A DNA stretch of 62,382 nt, the filler included. It is 13 parts of 13 records of this genome, joined end to end, with 100 filler letters (N's around TTAATTAATTAA, not from the genome) between each part and the next. Parts side by side here need not be neighbours in the genome. Positions count along the whole stretch, not along the records: positions 38,807 to 45,278 come from SRR7504441_18443; positions 45,379 to 48,418 come from SRR7504441_18455; positions 48,519 to 53,196 come from SRR7504441_18459; positions 53,297 to 56,710 come from SRR7504441_18469; 9 more parts are not named here. One strand, 5' to 3'. The notes under the pieces are model-generated. The model was given only the letters and a program-made list of their open reading frames with translations. It was not told where the DNA came from and did no database searches. Positions 42,101 to 54,312 of this stretch are shown here, piece by piece. Position numbers and translations under genes: made by a program. The first letter of the stretch is position 1; each line of letters begins with the position of its first letter.

Positions 42101-44557
42101 TTATCTTTTGAATAGAGGAATATCGTCGAGCTCGGCTACTACCACAGCAGTTGTTCCGCCATGGTATACTGCGCCTGTCTTGTAATGCTTCCATGCTATC
42201 TGACTGCCTGCACCAGGGAAGTACACCGTACGATTAGTGGAGCCTTGCTCGACAATGGGTGCGACAAAGTACTTGTCTCCGAACATGAACTCGTCGCCAA
42301 TGGTCCAAGTGCGGGCATCCTCCGGGAAGTCATACCACAGGTAGCGCTGCAGTGGCACGCCCCGTTCGCTGGCTATTTGCATCTGCTCATATATGTAGCC
42401 CTTGAGTGAAGTTCTGAGTTTGATTGCTGCTGTGGCGGCCCGCGTCATCATCGGAGTCCAGCCGGTCCCCCAAATGCGCGTGTCTCGCGCACCATGCTGC
42501 CGCATGATCGGCTGGGTCACAGACACCATGAAATCCCTAGATAGGAACTCCTCACTGCCCTGGCAGAAAAATCCACCTATATCTACAGTCCATAGCAACT
42601 GCCCCGAAAGCTGTGCATCGAGCGAGTCGTAAACGTGGTTGAGATAGTCTGCAAACTGGCACCCGTGATCGCCATCCCAGTTTGCTCCAAGCCTCCAGCC
42701 ACCAGCGGCAGTAGCTCGGCTAAGTGTCATTGCTGGCTCAGTGAGACCTTCCCTCCTCAGCTCTTCAATCCCTTCGGCAAACGTGAGCTGGTGCATCATC
42801 GGATACAGAGTGCCCACCTCTCTATTTGTGCCAGCAGCGAATTCAGTTTCACAAAACTTACCGCTCGCCTGACAGGCAAAGGGGCCAGTGCCTGGCTTCA
42901 CACAAGGACAGGTGGCCTTCTCGTGATTTTGCTGTTGGTAGCAGAGCGTCTTGTAGCCGTTGCACTCGAACACCCCCCGACAAAGCGTGGCCCACATCGT
43001 ACCATTCTCACATCCAAAGGTCTCCCCCAATTTGCAAACATTTGGCTTTCCACCTGTGGTACCCGGATTGCTCTGCTTGATTAGTGACACACTGCAAGCT
43101 TCTTCATTGCTCGCTTGGCCGAAATTGTGGATCTCGAGAGAACTCGACGATGGACCTGCCCACATTGCTGGGCCCAGCGGTGCTAGTGGCAACTCCCAGG
43201 TATCTTCGCCCACGATCTCGTTCCCGTCCAACCAGAACATTGTTATGCCGTTGCTGACCAGTGTCGCCTTAACAGATGACCACAGTGCCGCCCGAGCTTC
43301 TGGGATAAATGGATCGTAACGGCACGACAAGTTGTGATCGTCACTTGTTCCGTTACTGCGGCAGATTGGGACGAGCTCGCCCGCGTTCGTGCGTTGGTGG
43401 ACCATCCACTGTTTTTCAATGAACTGTCGCCCTCCTACAAAGTACGGACTGCTGAAATTTTGCTCTATGTGCACGTGTGCCATGACAAAGGTGTTGTTCG
43501 CTTTGAGCTTAGCGACCATCGACTTTGGATCCGGCCAGCGTATCGGGTCAAAGGCCGTACAGCTGTCGCAGGCCTTATATCCTGGGCCATCAAGCACTAG
43601 TACATCCACATGCAGGCCCAACGCACTAAAGTTGGCCACAATCTCTTCTGCTTCGTTCTGGCTGTTGATTGCATCCTTGGAGTGCCAGTATCCGGTTGCC
43701 TCCTGCGGGAGTTGGGGCACGTGTCCGAGCATATCAGCATACTGTCCCATTATAGCAGACGCCCGCGCAGGGCCAGCAGCCGGAAGTCCCGCTGGCCAGG
43801 TTGTGATCACTAAGTCGATATGCGTGGCACCCCCCAGCGGAGTGCTCAGCTGCACAGTCTGGTTCTTGGCGCTGGCAGTACCATAAGTCCAGCTCTGCGT
43901 GTTGTCAAAAAGCCCGAATCCGAGCCCTTCGGAGGACACGCCTCCAGCAACAATCCACGGCATACCATTCAGCATGCCGCACTGTGCCCCAAGCCCGCCA
44001 TCTGTGGGCCCTGGGGCGTTCCCGATGGGCGTCCCGAAGTGCAAATCCTCAACGGTCTGCTGGCCCCTCCGCCCCGGATTGAGCATGTTGCCACCATCGC
44101 CAGAGCCGCAGCTGCTGCCAAACTCACAGCCGCCACCACACCGGCAGCCCCCGCCGTAGAAGCGCCGCTGCGTGGTGCCATCGCCGACGGCTAGGGTGAG
44201 ACTGAGAGGGGGTGGGGCGCTGCCCTGAGCGACTGCCAGCAATGGCTGATTGGTTTGAGAGAGAAGCGTGGCGCCGTCGGAGATGCGGATAATTGTGACC
44301 CTGCTGTCGGCGCCAACGGTGACCATGATGTTCCCGCTGCTGACGTTGCTGCCCTCGACGGGTGCGGAAGGGCCCCGACCGGGTGGCGGCAGGAGATATC
44401 CCAGAGCGGACGTGTTGACGGTTTGGGCAGCTGCCGAGATCTGGACCCGAACAGTGTTGGGTCCCCATTCGCGAGCCTGCACGCGCTGCTGCTGCGCTCG
44501 CGCCGTGCCGCCGCAGACCAGGAGCAGGAGAGCCAGGTAGTGCCAGGGGAGTGCCAT
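42101..44557 (-). CDS. Secreted GH31 glycosidase (alpha-xylosidase/glucosidase-like), intronless
   Basis: Signal peptide; GYWHSK, FDPIRWPDPKSMV, nucleophile FWLDGNE, acid/base WDGD, WTVDIGGF, MRQHG, EFMFGDKYFVAP. Confidence 0.9.
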   Translation of the reverse strand: MALPWHYLALLLLVCGGTARAQQQRVQAREWGPNTVRVQISAAAQTVNTSALGYLLPPPGRGPSAPVEGSNVSSGNIMVTVGADSRVTIIRISDGATLLSQTNQPLLAVAQGSAPPPLSLTLAVGDGTTQRRFYGGGCRCGGGCEFGSSCGSGDGGNMLNPGRRGQQTVEDLHFGTPIGNAPGPTDGGLGAQCGMLNGMPWIVAGGVSSEGLGFGLFDNTQSWTYGTASAKNQTVQLSTPLGGATHIDLVITTWPAGLPAAGPARASAIMGQYADMLGHVPQLPQEATGYWHSKDAINSQNEAEEIVANFSALGLHVDVLVLDGPGYKACDSCTAFDPIRWPDPKSMVAKLKANNTFVMAHVHIEQNFSSPYFVGGRQFIEKQWMVHQRTNAGELVPICRSNGTSDDHNLSCRYDPFIPEARAALWSSVKATLVSNGITMFWLDGNEIVGEDTWELPLAPLGPAMWAGPSSSSLEIHNFGQASNEEACSVSLIKQSNPGTTGGKPNVCKLGETFGCENGTMWATLCRGVFECNGYKTLCYQQQNHEKATCPCVKPGTGPFACQASGKFCETEFAAGTNREVGTLYPMMHQLTFAEGIEELRREGLTEPAMTLSRATAAGGWRLGANWDGDHGCQFADYLNHVYDSLDAQLSGQLLWTVDIGGFFCQGSEEFLSRDFMVSVTQPIMRQHGARDTRIWGTGWTPMMTRAATAAIKLRTSLKGYIYEQMQIASERGVPLQRYLWYDFPEDARTWTIGDEFMFGDKYFVAPIVEQGSTNRTVYFPGAGSQIAWKHYKTGAVYHGGTTAVVVAELDDIPLFKR

Positions 44558-44703
44558 CTAGGGTCCTTTGTTGTCTAGACTCAGGCTCTGTCAGCCCGCT
44601 GCAGAGCTGGGTGTATCAGGCCGTTAGAAAAAAAAAGAAGGCAAAACGTTGAGGGCAGGAGTCAAGATCACACCACGGGTTTTTTTTGCCTCAGAAGCAG
44701 GGT

Positions 44704-45278
44704 ATGAGCTGCCTACCACGCGACGAGAGCACGGTTGGCGTTCAGGCGCTGATCTGGACCCAATTCGCCGTGGGACTTCTCGCGTTCGTGACCGGCACTT
44801 TCTGGTGGGGCTCAACCGCCCCGGAACCCGTCCAATCGGAGGAGCCCGCGGATGAGGAGCAGATCCCTCTTTGCGGTGCGGCTTCAGAGTGGCGCAAGGA
44901 GTGGCGCAGTCTGGTCCACGCCCGCAAACTGGCCGACCAGTGCTCTTTCGTGGATCACGTCCGGTGCGAGCGCAACTTCTGCCGCGACGCCTCCGATCCG
45001 CATTGCGTGAGGCCGCCACCGGCACCCTCTGGCATGTCTCGACCGACCGTCTTTTCACGGTATGCGCTCTACCGCTGCCTGTTCCGGCAGACGCTGTTCC
45101 TGTGCACACTGCTGAGATGCGTCGGCCTCGCCTGCTTATGCGGGAGCCTTGGGACCTGGCTGTGGCTGGTCAAGTATGAGGCGGCTGTCGGGGACCGGTC
45201 TGCATCAGATGTGGCCTGGATCGACGCTAGTGCGACTGCATGGCAACGGGTCCGGGGCGACTATGTGTTCTTCCCCAT
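44704..45278 (+). CDS. Hypothetical membrane protein, 3' partial
   Basis: ATG 44704 is divergent from GH31; hydrophobic segments; frame open to the contig edge. Confidence 0.55.
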
Positions 45279-45727
45279 NNNNNNNNNNNNNNNNNNNNNN
45301 NNNNNNNNNNNNNNNNNNNNNNTTAATTAATTAANNNNNNNNNNNNNNNNNNNNNNNNNNNNNNNNNNNNNNNNNNNNTTACGTTACGTTTCTGCGAGTT
45401 TAATTAACGGAAGTGCGGAAAACATGGCGGTCGCGGCGGTGGACCGACCGAGGAGCTGCAAGAGCAAATGGAAGCCTCGCGCGGGCTCCGCGGACCGGAC
45501 GACCGGAGGGCGGCTGTGTCCTCGGATAATGAGGATTGAGTCCGAGGACTAAAGATATACAGACTACGAACGTTGACGGCTGTATCATTCTAGAGTTTAG
45601 CCAAGGATCCATTTGTCTCGATTTCACTACAATTTCACTCGTCGTGGCAGAGATGCGTATTTAATACCTGTGGCGTGCGTGCACCAAGTTTACGGTACAC
45701 GGCATTGTACAATGTAGTAACTTATGA

Positions 45728-48418
45728 TTATGAGAACAGCGAGGTTAACTTCGATCCTAGACTGCCCATCACCCCCTTCTTCTCGTCATCGTCATCCAGC
45801 TCGCCAGGCCCCTTAGAGATTACCTGCACGCCTCATCAACCACGATCCTATACCTATGCCATCACCGTCGTGTACTGCTCGAGCGTCCGGAGCCGCTCGA
45901 GTGTGGACCGGTGCAGTTCTTGCTGCTGCTCATTCAGATCAAGCCGCAGCACCGAATTCTCCGCCAGCAGCTCAAAGCACAAGTTGTACCCGACCAGTGG
46001 CAGCCCAACTGCCACTTGAGCGTCCCACTGTCGCTTCAGATCAGCGATCGAGCCCTTGATGCTATTGATCTCCTCAGTGCTCATCTGCCAAAGCCCAGTC
46101 AGCCCTGGCAGCGGACGAGTAGACTACCTCAAGCAGTCGCTCCATTGGCGCCTTCTCCTTCTTCTTGCCTTCCTGCTTGGTCAGCATGTCGAAGGAGCTC
46201 TTCCCCAGTCGCCGCCAAAGCTGGTGCGAGTCTCGGAGCAGGTTCAGGCACTTCTCTACGTCCTGCTCAGTCGGCGGCCGGTCCTTGACCCCAATTGGCT
46301 CGCGGTAGAAGCTCTGCTCCACGCCGGGGCGGGGCGTCTCTGCGTCAGATGGCACCATGTCTGACAGCTGGCTCACAAAGTTGGCCACACCGATCGATAG
46401 TCTCCTCACCTGCCCACAGTCAGTCCGGGCCTGCCTGGCTGTGGGCACCCGGGTCCTGGGAGTGACCATGTCGCCATCCCGCGGCGTCTGCGGAGGGTTG
46501 GGTACTCCTACCGCCTCCTCGCGAGTCGCCTGCAGCCCTGCCTCCTCCATCGCGCTCCGCCTCTTGGCTTCGATCGCCGCCCGCAGGTTGTTCACCTGTC
46601 ACTCCAGTCAGCCGGCCAACGCTCACAGCCGGCGCCTGCTGCATCACGTCGGCGGTGTCGCCCACAAACTCGAGTAGCGAGTTACCCACCACGATCGCTT
46701 CATTGAACCCGACCTCAAACCCCGACAGCTGCCTGGACTTGGCAATCACGTGGTCCAGCCGCCCATTCGACTGCTCCGACGCCCTTTCAACTGACAGCGC
46801 AGGGTCTGCATCGAGAAGCGTATCCATCCGGGAGAAGCGCATTATGTCATACAGTTCCGCTACCTGCCACAGAAGCGTGAGACCGGCTTTGGTCGAGGGG
46901 TGCACCGCGTTGACAACGGCGATCAAGTCGTTGAGCTGGGTGCGCGCATCCACCACACTATCCAGAACCTGCAGCCGGTCAGGGCATGAATCAACTGGCT
47001 CGACCTGCACTGGCGTGGCTGGGCGCGAGATTGAGTGGTTGCCCAGCTGAATCGGCGTCGCCGGTCGAGAGTGTCGCCCAGCAGGCCACGGTACAGGCGA
47101 GCCCGACACCGGCGTGGACGGCCTGCTCCTCCGCAAGCTGTTGATTGGCGTGAGTGGCATCACGTCCGAGTTCTCGCCCGCATCAGTCCGGGCTGTCACG
47201 GGTGTGCTTGGGCGGGAGTTGGGCCGCGACTTGTTCTCCGTGCTCCCTCCGATTGAGTAATCGCTCTCAGGATCGAAATAGAGCTGCAGCTGCCCGAGCT
47301 GCCCGAGCACGGACCTGTTGGCCTCCTGCGACGCCAGGATCTCCTCTTCGACCTGCACCCGTCGCGTGAGCCTGCCTCGCCCGGCCCCAGCCCACCGTGT
47401 TGTACATATGTCGGCCCGAAGGGTCCCGGACCCGCCAGTCTGCTATGCACTTCATGATCTTACTCAGCGCCTTCTTGTAGAGCTGGGCTGCTTGGATCGT
47501 CGATTTGAGCGAAGAGTCCTCTTTCGGCTCCAGGGAGAAGCTCGCCGCGGCTGCTTGCTCGCCAGCTGCCCCCCAAGCTCGCGCCGAGCCCGGAGTCGAG
47601 CGGACCTAGCCACACGTCGCCGTACTCGTCCATGTTCTCGCTATATTCCTCCAAGTAGCGCTGCTGGGCCTCGGAGGAGCCCGTCATGTACTGTGCGGAC
47701 ATGACCACCATGGACATCTGCTCATGTAGCTGCTCCGGGAACTGGGTCGCTACTCGGTTCACGATGTACAGCGAGGTCGACAGGTCCAACGCGTCCTCTA
47801 TACGCTCGATCTTTGTGTTATACCCCTTGGGCGCGTAGATCAGGTCCTCCGCGTACAGATCCAGCCCCCGCATGTGCTCTCTGATCACCGCGTTCGCCTG
47901 TGCCCCTGATCAGGCTGAGCTGCAGGTTTGGACGAGACCTCTGGCACCCAGCTCTCACGAGTCCTAAGTTGCTCGCCTGCCGCCATCGCCTCCAGGCACT
48001 GTGCCGACATCCTCAGCACGTGCACCACCTGCCCCGCAGCTCGACCGGCCCAGCACGCAGCCGCTGCCTGCTTGGAGACAGTGAGGCTGGCCTCTTCCTC
48101 CGGGAGTAGGCGCTCTGGATCTCGCAAGAACGGACAGAACAGCCTGCGCATTATGAAGCTGCAGAGCACTTGCTTGCACTGGCGCGGGTGCAGCTGGACC
48201 ATCGTCTGGTGGATCAAGAATGCCAAGTATTGCAGCACTTCGGGCGCTTCGTTCACTGAGTCACAGATCAGCGTGAGCACTCGTCTGACCAGATGCATCG
48301 CGTTCGCCACTGCCTTGGCCATTCCGTCCTCCGAGTCGGGGGCCTCGAGTTCCATTGTGCCGTCCTGCTCTATCGCCAGCTGCAAAGCCGGTCCTAGAAC
48401 CTCCACTATGTATTGCTC
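45728..48418 (-). CDS. RasGAP-like domain protein with coiled-coil C-terminus, 5' partial
   Basis: LTLICDSVNEAPEVLQYLA...SFIMRRLFCPFLRDPE resembles the RasGAP FLRFxCPAIxxP signature. Several tiny introns lead to ...GSKLTSLFS*. Confidence 0.65.
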
Positions 48419-48543
48419 NNNNNNNNNNNNNNNNNNNNNNNNNNNNNNNNNNNNNNNNNNNNTTAATTAATTAANNNNNNNNNNNNNNNNNNNNNNNNNN
48501 NNNNNNNNNNNNNNNNNNCGCATAGGGAGCGCGAGAGAGGAGG

Positions 48544-49058
48544 ATGCGGGCGTGGGTCGGGCTGTTGGCCGCGAGCCTGGCGGCCGGTTGCGAGTTCATC
48601 CGGATCGGGAACGCCACGGCCGGCTGGGAGCCCGAGCCGTACGCCACCCCCGGCGCCCAACTGGCCACCGGCGCCGGGTAGAGCCCAGGGGCCCCGGGCC
48701 GGGGCGGACCGGCGGGGCAGGCTTTACGTCAAGTTCAACGACGCGTACGGCCGGCAGCTCAACAGCTACTTTGGGCACCCATACTGGCGGCAGTGGTGCC
48801 TGCGTCACCGAGCCCTGTTCACTCCGGTGCAGGTCCGGCGCCAACTACATATATTACGAGGCCGGCGGCTGGCACGTCGGCCCGCTCACCGAGGCGGTGC
48901 TGCTCGCCAGCTCGGCGACGGCGGGCGTCTCGGCGGGGCTCTCGCCGTTGATGAGCTCGGGGGTCTCCGGGGAGGGCAGCCCAGAGCTGGTGACTGGGTG
49001 GAGTCCTAGCGGATCCGACGTGATTTGCACCGCTGACCTGCGTAATCAGGAGCTTTGA
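48544..49058 (+). CDS. Small secretory-pathway protein ending in NQEL; 3 exons
   Basis: Signal peptide MRAWVGLLAASLAAG; two GT-AG introns (~48678-48720, ~48795-48831); KDEL-like C-terminus. Confidence 0.6.
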
Positions 49059-49417
49059 ACGTCCCGTGTTACCGTTCCACGCAGGGCGGGGGTGCCTCCG
49101 TGGCCGCCGAGGTGGCTCGCCCATTCCCACCGGAGTGAATGATGCACCATAATAATTGCGTTACCGGGCTATGTTATGTTATGGTAATAATGCGGCTCCA
49201 GAGGCCGCTTCACTGAGCCTATATCATAAATCGGGTACATACATGTGGTAATGACTTTGGCCTCGATCTAAACTCAAATCGACGGTCCTACCCTGAGCTC
49301 ACGGCCCCTCAATCGTCAATCGCTCAATTGACCTTCAGGGCAGCCTGCCCATCCGAGAGTCTAACGCCTTGAAAAGGATGCACGAGTGAGCCTGGTGGGG
49401 CGTCCGGAGAGAGCAAT

Positions 49418-52400
49418 ATGGCCAACCGGGGCGGCTTCAATTTCCACGAGCTGAACGAGCTGCGGGCGCAGGCGCCACGGGTCGGGTTCGGGCAAGCCGG
49501 TCAGCAGCTGTCGGCCTACGCGTTGGCTCACCACGATGGCGATCGCTGGCAGTGGGAGCCTAACGACCCGACCAACGTGCGGCTTGATCTGCCGGCGCTC
49601 GAGGCCGATACGGTGCTGGTGGCCTCCGAGCAGGAGGGGCACCTCTTCTGCCCGGGGCCAGTCGGCGACAAGAAATTCATCCCCGCATCCTGGGCTGACC
49701 AGCTACCGGCCGACACGTTCAGTCAATGTGGGGCGGCCAATTTCGCGCCGGTGTCAGCCCACAAAGATCCGCACCGGGCGAGGCGGGGCGAGGCGATGAC
49801 CACTCGGAGGGACGGGATGCTCGGGTACACAGGCGCCAATGGACATCCCGGGGCCCCTGGGACAGGGACCGGCGACTGGGGCCAGCCCGGAACCGCAGGG
49901 CTGCCCGGGGGCGCAGGTGGCGCCGCGGAGGTAATCGAGCTGACGCTGTCCGAGGAGACCGCGGCCGAGCAAGGGTACGGCAGCATTGTGCTCTCGGCGC
50001 GAGGAGGGGAGGGCGGCCCCGGAGGGCCTGGCGGGCGAGGTGGGGACGGCAGGCAGGGTTACAAGGGCAGGAACGCCACGCGTCATTCGAACGGCGGAAA
50101 CGGCGGCCCTGGCGGGAACGGTGGGAATGGCGGGACGGGCGGTCGCGGCGGGGACGGAGGGGCTGGTGCGAATTTGACTATTGTGGTTGATGAGAAGGAG
50201 AGCTACCTGCTGATGCGAGTATTGGATATTGAGAAAGATACAGCCGCACTGGTCCGAGGTGGGTACGGCGGCGCCGGAGGTATGGGTGGCGCTGGCGGGA
50301 TGGGCGGGGCGGGCGGCCCGGGCGGCAACTCATGTCATTGGACGACCACGCATACGACCGGTAGCGGGAAGAACAGAAGGACTCATACCAGGCATCACTC
50401 GAGGCCAGGCGGATCGTCAGGACCCTCGGGCCGGCCCGGCGCGGCGGGGGGCTCCAACCCAAACGGCGACGACGGGCCTGCCGGCGAGTTTAGGATTCTT
50501 TACATGGAGGGCGGGGTGGCTTCGGAGTTTGCTAGGAGATATGACTTGGACAACGTGAGCTTCGAGCTGCTGGCCCACTCGTCCGGTCTATATGAGCCTG
50601 GCCAGCTCCACAAGCTCGGCAAATTCGTGGTCCAAAATCACAACGAGCAGGCCATGCCGCTCCCCTGCTTGCACAGCTCGATACGGCTCTCTCTCCATGA
50701 GAGCGCTTGGGCCCAGCCAGAGCCAGGCTCGCAGATTAAGATAGGCCCGGGTGTGCGCTGCGCCGGGGGGCAAGAGCTGCCGCTCCCACCGAACGCGCAG
50801 CTCGAGTTCCGCCCTAAGTTCCTGCCTGTGGCGGCCGAGCCAGATCACGAGTGGCTGTTCGCATATGACTTGCTCCAGCCGGCCGCGCAGCAGCTCGGCA
50901 AGAGCGCCGGGTGCCGTTTTGATTACGAGAACTTTAATCTGCAGCGTCCGTTGCAAGTGAGGTACCCTGTGGGCAACACAGGCGGGCTCGAGCTGTTGCC
51001 GCACCTTGGACCTGCTGAGCGGAGCATCATACGCCTCGGGCTCTGGAATGCCAGCAAGCTTTGGCTTGGTGCAGATAGCTTGGAAGGCCCACGCAGGCCG
51101 GTGTCTGTGCACTGGTCTGTGCGCGGAGAGCACGCAGGGATGGTGGTGCTGCACGACCAGCAAGGCCAGTTGCACATGGAGCAGCACTTGGTCACTCAAT
51201 TCCCGTCGGTTGCGCCCACGGAATCGGCAGAGCCTTTCCTGGCTGACGTATGCGAGCTTGAGTACCACTGGAAGCCGGAGACCCCTGACTTGGCCCAAGC
51301 TGAGCTGGTGGCCGTGATTGGTCTCGCGCCGCCTGAAGGCACACCAGACGAAATGATAGAGCCGCAGCTCAAGCTTGGACAACAGCTTGTGCGGATCCAG
51401 CAGCGCGCAAGCCCGCTCCTGTGTGTGCCTGGGTTCGGATGCCCGCCAGGGATCGAATCAGCAGACTGCATCGGGCTACTGGTCTTCTCTCCCGGGGCTC
51501 CGAGCGCGGTCAACAAGTTCTGGCACCACACTCTCAAGCATTCGCTCGGGCTGCCGCTGTCGATATGGAATATGAAGCGCTACGGCCATTTCGATCCCGG
51601 CAAGGAGCCGGCGCTGGGCGAGCTAGTGCAGAAGGCCAAGTCGATCCTGATTGTGGTGCTCGACTTCGAGTACGAGTCGACGCAAGGTTCGTCCTCGGTG
51701 CAAATTCGACCGTCAGCGCTCATCTCACAGCAGGTGTTACCCTTGCCAGCTGGTGGCTGATAGGGCTCAGGTGGTCCACGCACACTTCCCGGCGAGTAAG
51801 ACCCGGTTTCTGGTTGTCGAGGACACAGATGAGGACAGGGAGACCCGGCTGAGTACGGTCACTCGCACCTGCAGGCAGAGCGGGTTCACCCGTACACACG
51901 GGTTTAATTGTCCTCTAAGCCTGATGCAAGTGGTGGCTGTGCCGCCACCCCTCGTGATCCAGGACGGGGACGACGGGAGCTTGTCACTAGTCAAGGCGAT
52001 TCAACTCGAGGTGGAAGCCCAGAAGATGTTGGATGCTTCTCCAGAGATGGATCTGGTGCTTGTTTTGCCGAGTGGCGAGGTGCAGCATCTGCAGCTCCGG
52101 CAGCGGAGCAGCGTGGGGATGGTCCGGGCGCTTGCTGCTCTGCAAGCTGACCACCAACTCTTCTTCGCAAACCAGCAGCTGGAGGACGACAAAACGCTCG
52201 AATCTTACGGGATCATGGACGGTTCACAAGTGCAAGTCCAGGAGGGCGACGCGCCAGATGCTGTCACCATTGATATTACAAGTGGGCGTGCCCGCACTGT
52301 TCAAGTTTGGAAGAAAGTGACCAGCTCTTGCTGCAGACCGAAACAGGAAGAGCAGATCGCTCTAGTGCTCGCTGAGGTCGAGCGCTGGAAGGCGATTGCG

Positions 52401-53196
52401 CTGACGGTGCCCAAAGTGAGATTCTCTTTTGTGTGGTCTTGCACTGAGACGGTCGAGTCTCCCGACTGCTGCTTCCCTAACTATTTGCTTGGAGACATCC
52501 AGATCCACTGGGAGCCGTGTGCTGACACTGAGGATCAAAGCGACTACTATCCACAGCCCACTGAGTCAGTTGGCCTCGAAGTGCAAACTTCCATGTATTC
52601 CAACGACCCGACACTGATCACTCCTCCACTGCAGCACGCCGCTTGTATTGCGCTACCTCCGCATGGCGCTGTCGATCTTTTCTTCAGCCTCTGGTCGTCG
52701 GAGCTGGCAGGAGACTTCAGCTTGTTGGCCAGCGTCGGCGCCGCACTCGCAGTCAACCTGCAACGTGAGCTTTGCACCAGCTTGCACGATCCGTTGATCT
52801 CAGACGAGCACGCGATGCCCACTGTCCATGCGCTCATCAACAGCACTCCTGGCGCCGGTTGTCCCTCGCTGAGTGCCCCACCTGCGGGCACCACCATGCT
52901 CTGTGCCCGCGGGTGGCTCCATAAGGTCGGCTCACAATGGCACACGGAGATGAACGTGCCATTCGGGTTGAACGTCGAGCCAACCCGAACCGAGACGGGC
53001 GACCAGGAGATGGACGAACTCAGCGAGCCCAAGCAACAGACACGATACTCTCAGCCAGTGCTAGTCGACTCCGCGTTCGGGCTGTTGCTCCTTGACGAAG
53101 AGCAAGCTGAGGAAATCGGGAGCTTCGGCTTTTCGGCCGGCACGGCTCTGTCGCTGTTCATGACGTCGGAGCACCAGGATCGTTGCCTGTACTGGA
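49418..53196 (+). CDS. Large protein with Gly-rich GGxGGxGG repeats and an internal ubiquitin-like domain, 3' partial
   Basis: GGxGGx repeats at ~49810-50490; intron ~51734-51770; Ubl LVLVLPSGE...LFFANQQLEDDKTLESYGIMDGSQV. Confidence 0.7.
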
Positions 53197-53759
53197 NNNN
53201 NNNNNNNNNNNNNNNNNNNNNNNNNNNNNNNNNNNNNNNNTTAATTAATTAANNNNNNNNNNNNNNNNNNNNNNNNNNNNNNNNNNNNNNNNNNNNAAAT
53301 TAAACTAATGGTTTTTGGTAAAAAAATTAAGGACCTCCAACGATGCCTCTACCGACTGAGCCGTTGGAACCAGTCGCACATGCACTGCATGCAGCCCGCT
53401 CAGCCCTGCTTGATTCAATGCCTTTATGTGACATCTGAATCACAGGATTGGTCACCCTGATTAATTATAATTAACGACCCGGCAACGATGAATCGAAGGT
53501 TTTCCGGAAGGTTTGCAACATGACCCCGATATGGAGAGATAATAAAGAGACAGAGAGTATATATCGTTTAGTGGCTCGTCCCTAACATCTGGCTCCACAC
53601 CTCACTAACGAGAAATTTGCACTCTGATTAATAGAGAGGAGTGCCTTATGCGTTCGAGTAGATTGGCTTCAGGCTGCTGTACTTGGCTTGGGCCTCTCTC
53701 GCCGTACAACTGGAGCACACCACGTGCCCAACACACCCTCAATTCCCACCACAGAATGA

Positions 53760-54137
53760 TCAGCTCGCGCCGTCGCTGCCTGGGCGCCCGGAGCAGCCAA
53801 ATCTTCCCCAAGGCCGGGGCCGTCCCATCGGCCCCAGACACTCGCCCAGCGGTAGAACCGCGCTGGATTCGAGCGACGTGCACGAGCCGTCTTCTGAGGA
53901 GAAGAACGACCGGCTCAGGTGGGTCTCGTTGCACTGGTCCAGGATGTCGGCGCGGCCCCACTGCTGGTCGCCGGGGAACAGGCGTGGGGGAGAAAAGCAC
54001 TTGTCGAGAGGCAGCAGGTAGCTCTTGGGGTCGTTGCCGTCAGAGCACTTGCCTTCTGGCCCATAGAGCGTCATATTGACAGCTCCTCGGCTGCTGCCTG
54101 CCACCCCCGCCACCAGCACCAACGTCGCCAGGTTCAT
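53760..54137 (-). CDS. Small secreted Cys-containing protein (125 aa)
   Basis: Signal peptide MNLATLVLVAGVAG; six Cys; divergent from PGAM5. Confidence 0.6.
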   Translation of the reverse strand: MNLATLVLVAGVAGSSRGAVNMTLYGPEGKCSDGNDPKSYLLPLDKCFSPPRLFPGDQQWGRADILDQCNETHLSRSFFSSEDGSCTSLESSAVLPLGECLGPMGRPRPWGRFGCSGRPGSDGAS

Positions 54138-54312
54138 CGCTGCCCGAGGCAGACCTGCGCACCGGGTCGGCCCAGCGGCCGCGAACTTGCCCACGCAGTC
54201 CATTGGCCCGCAGGCGAAGTAGCACGTATCACCCAGCTGCAGTGGCCTGGACGACACGACAAACTGAACGGCAGCTGAACTCTGCAGCTGCCGGCTCGTA
54301 GCCGAGGCACGA

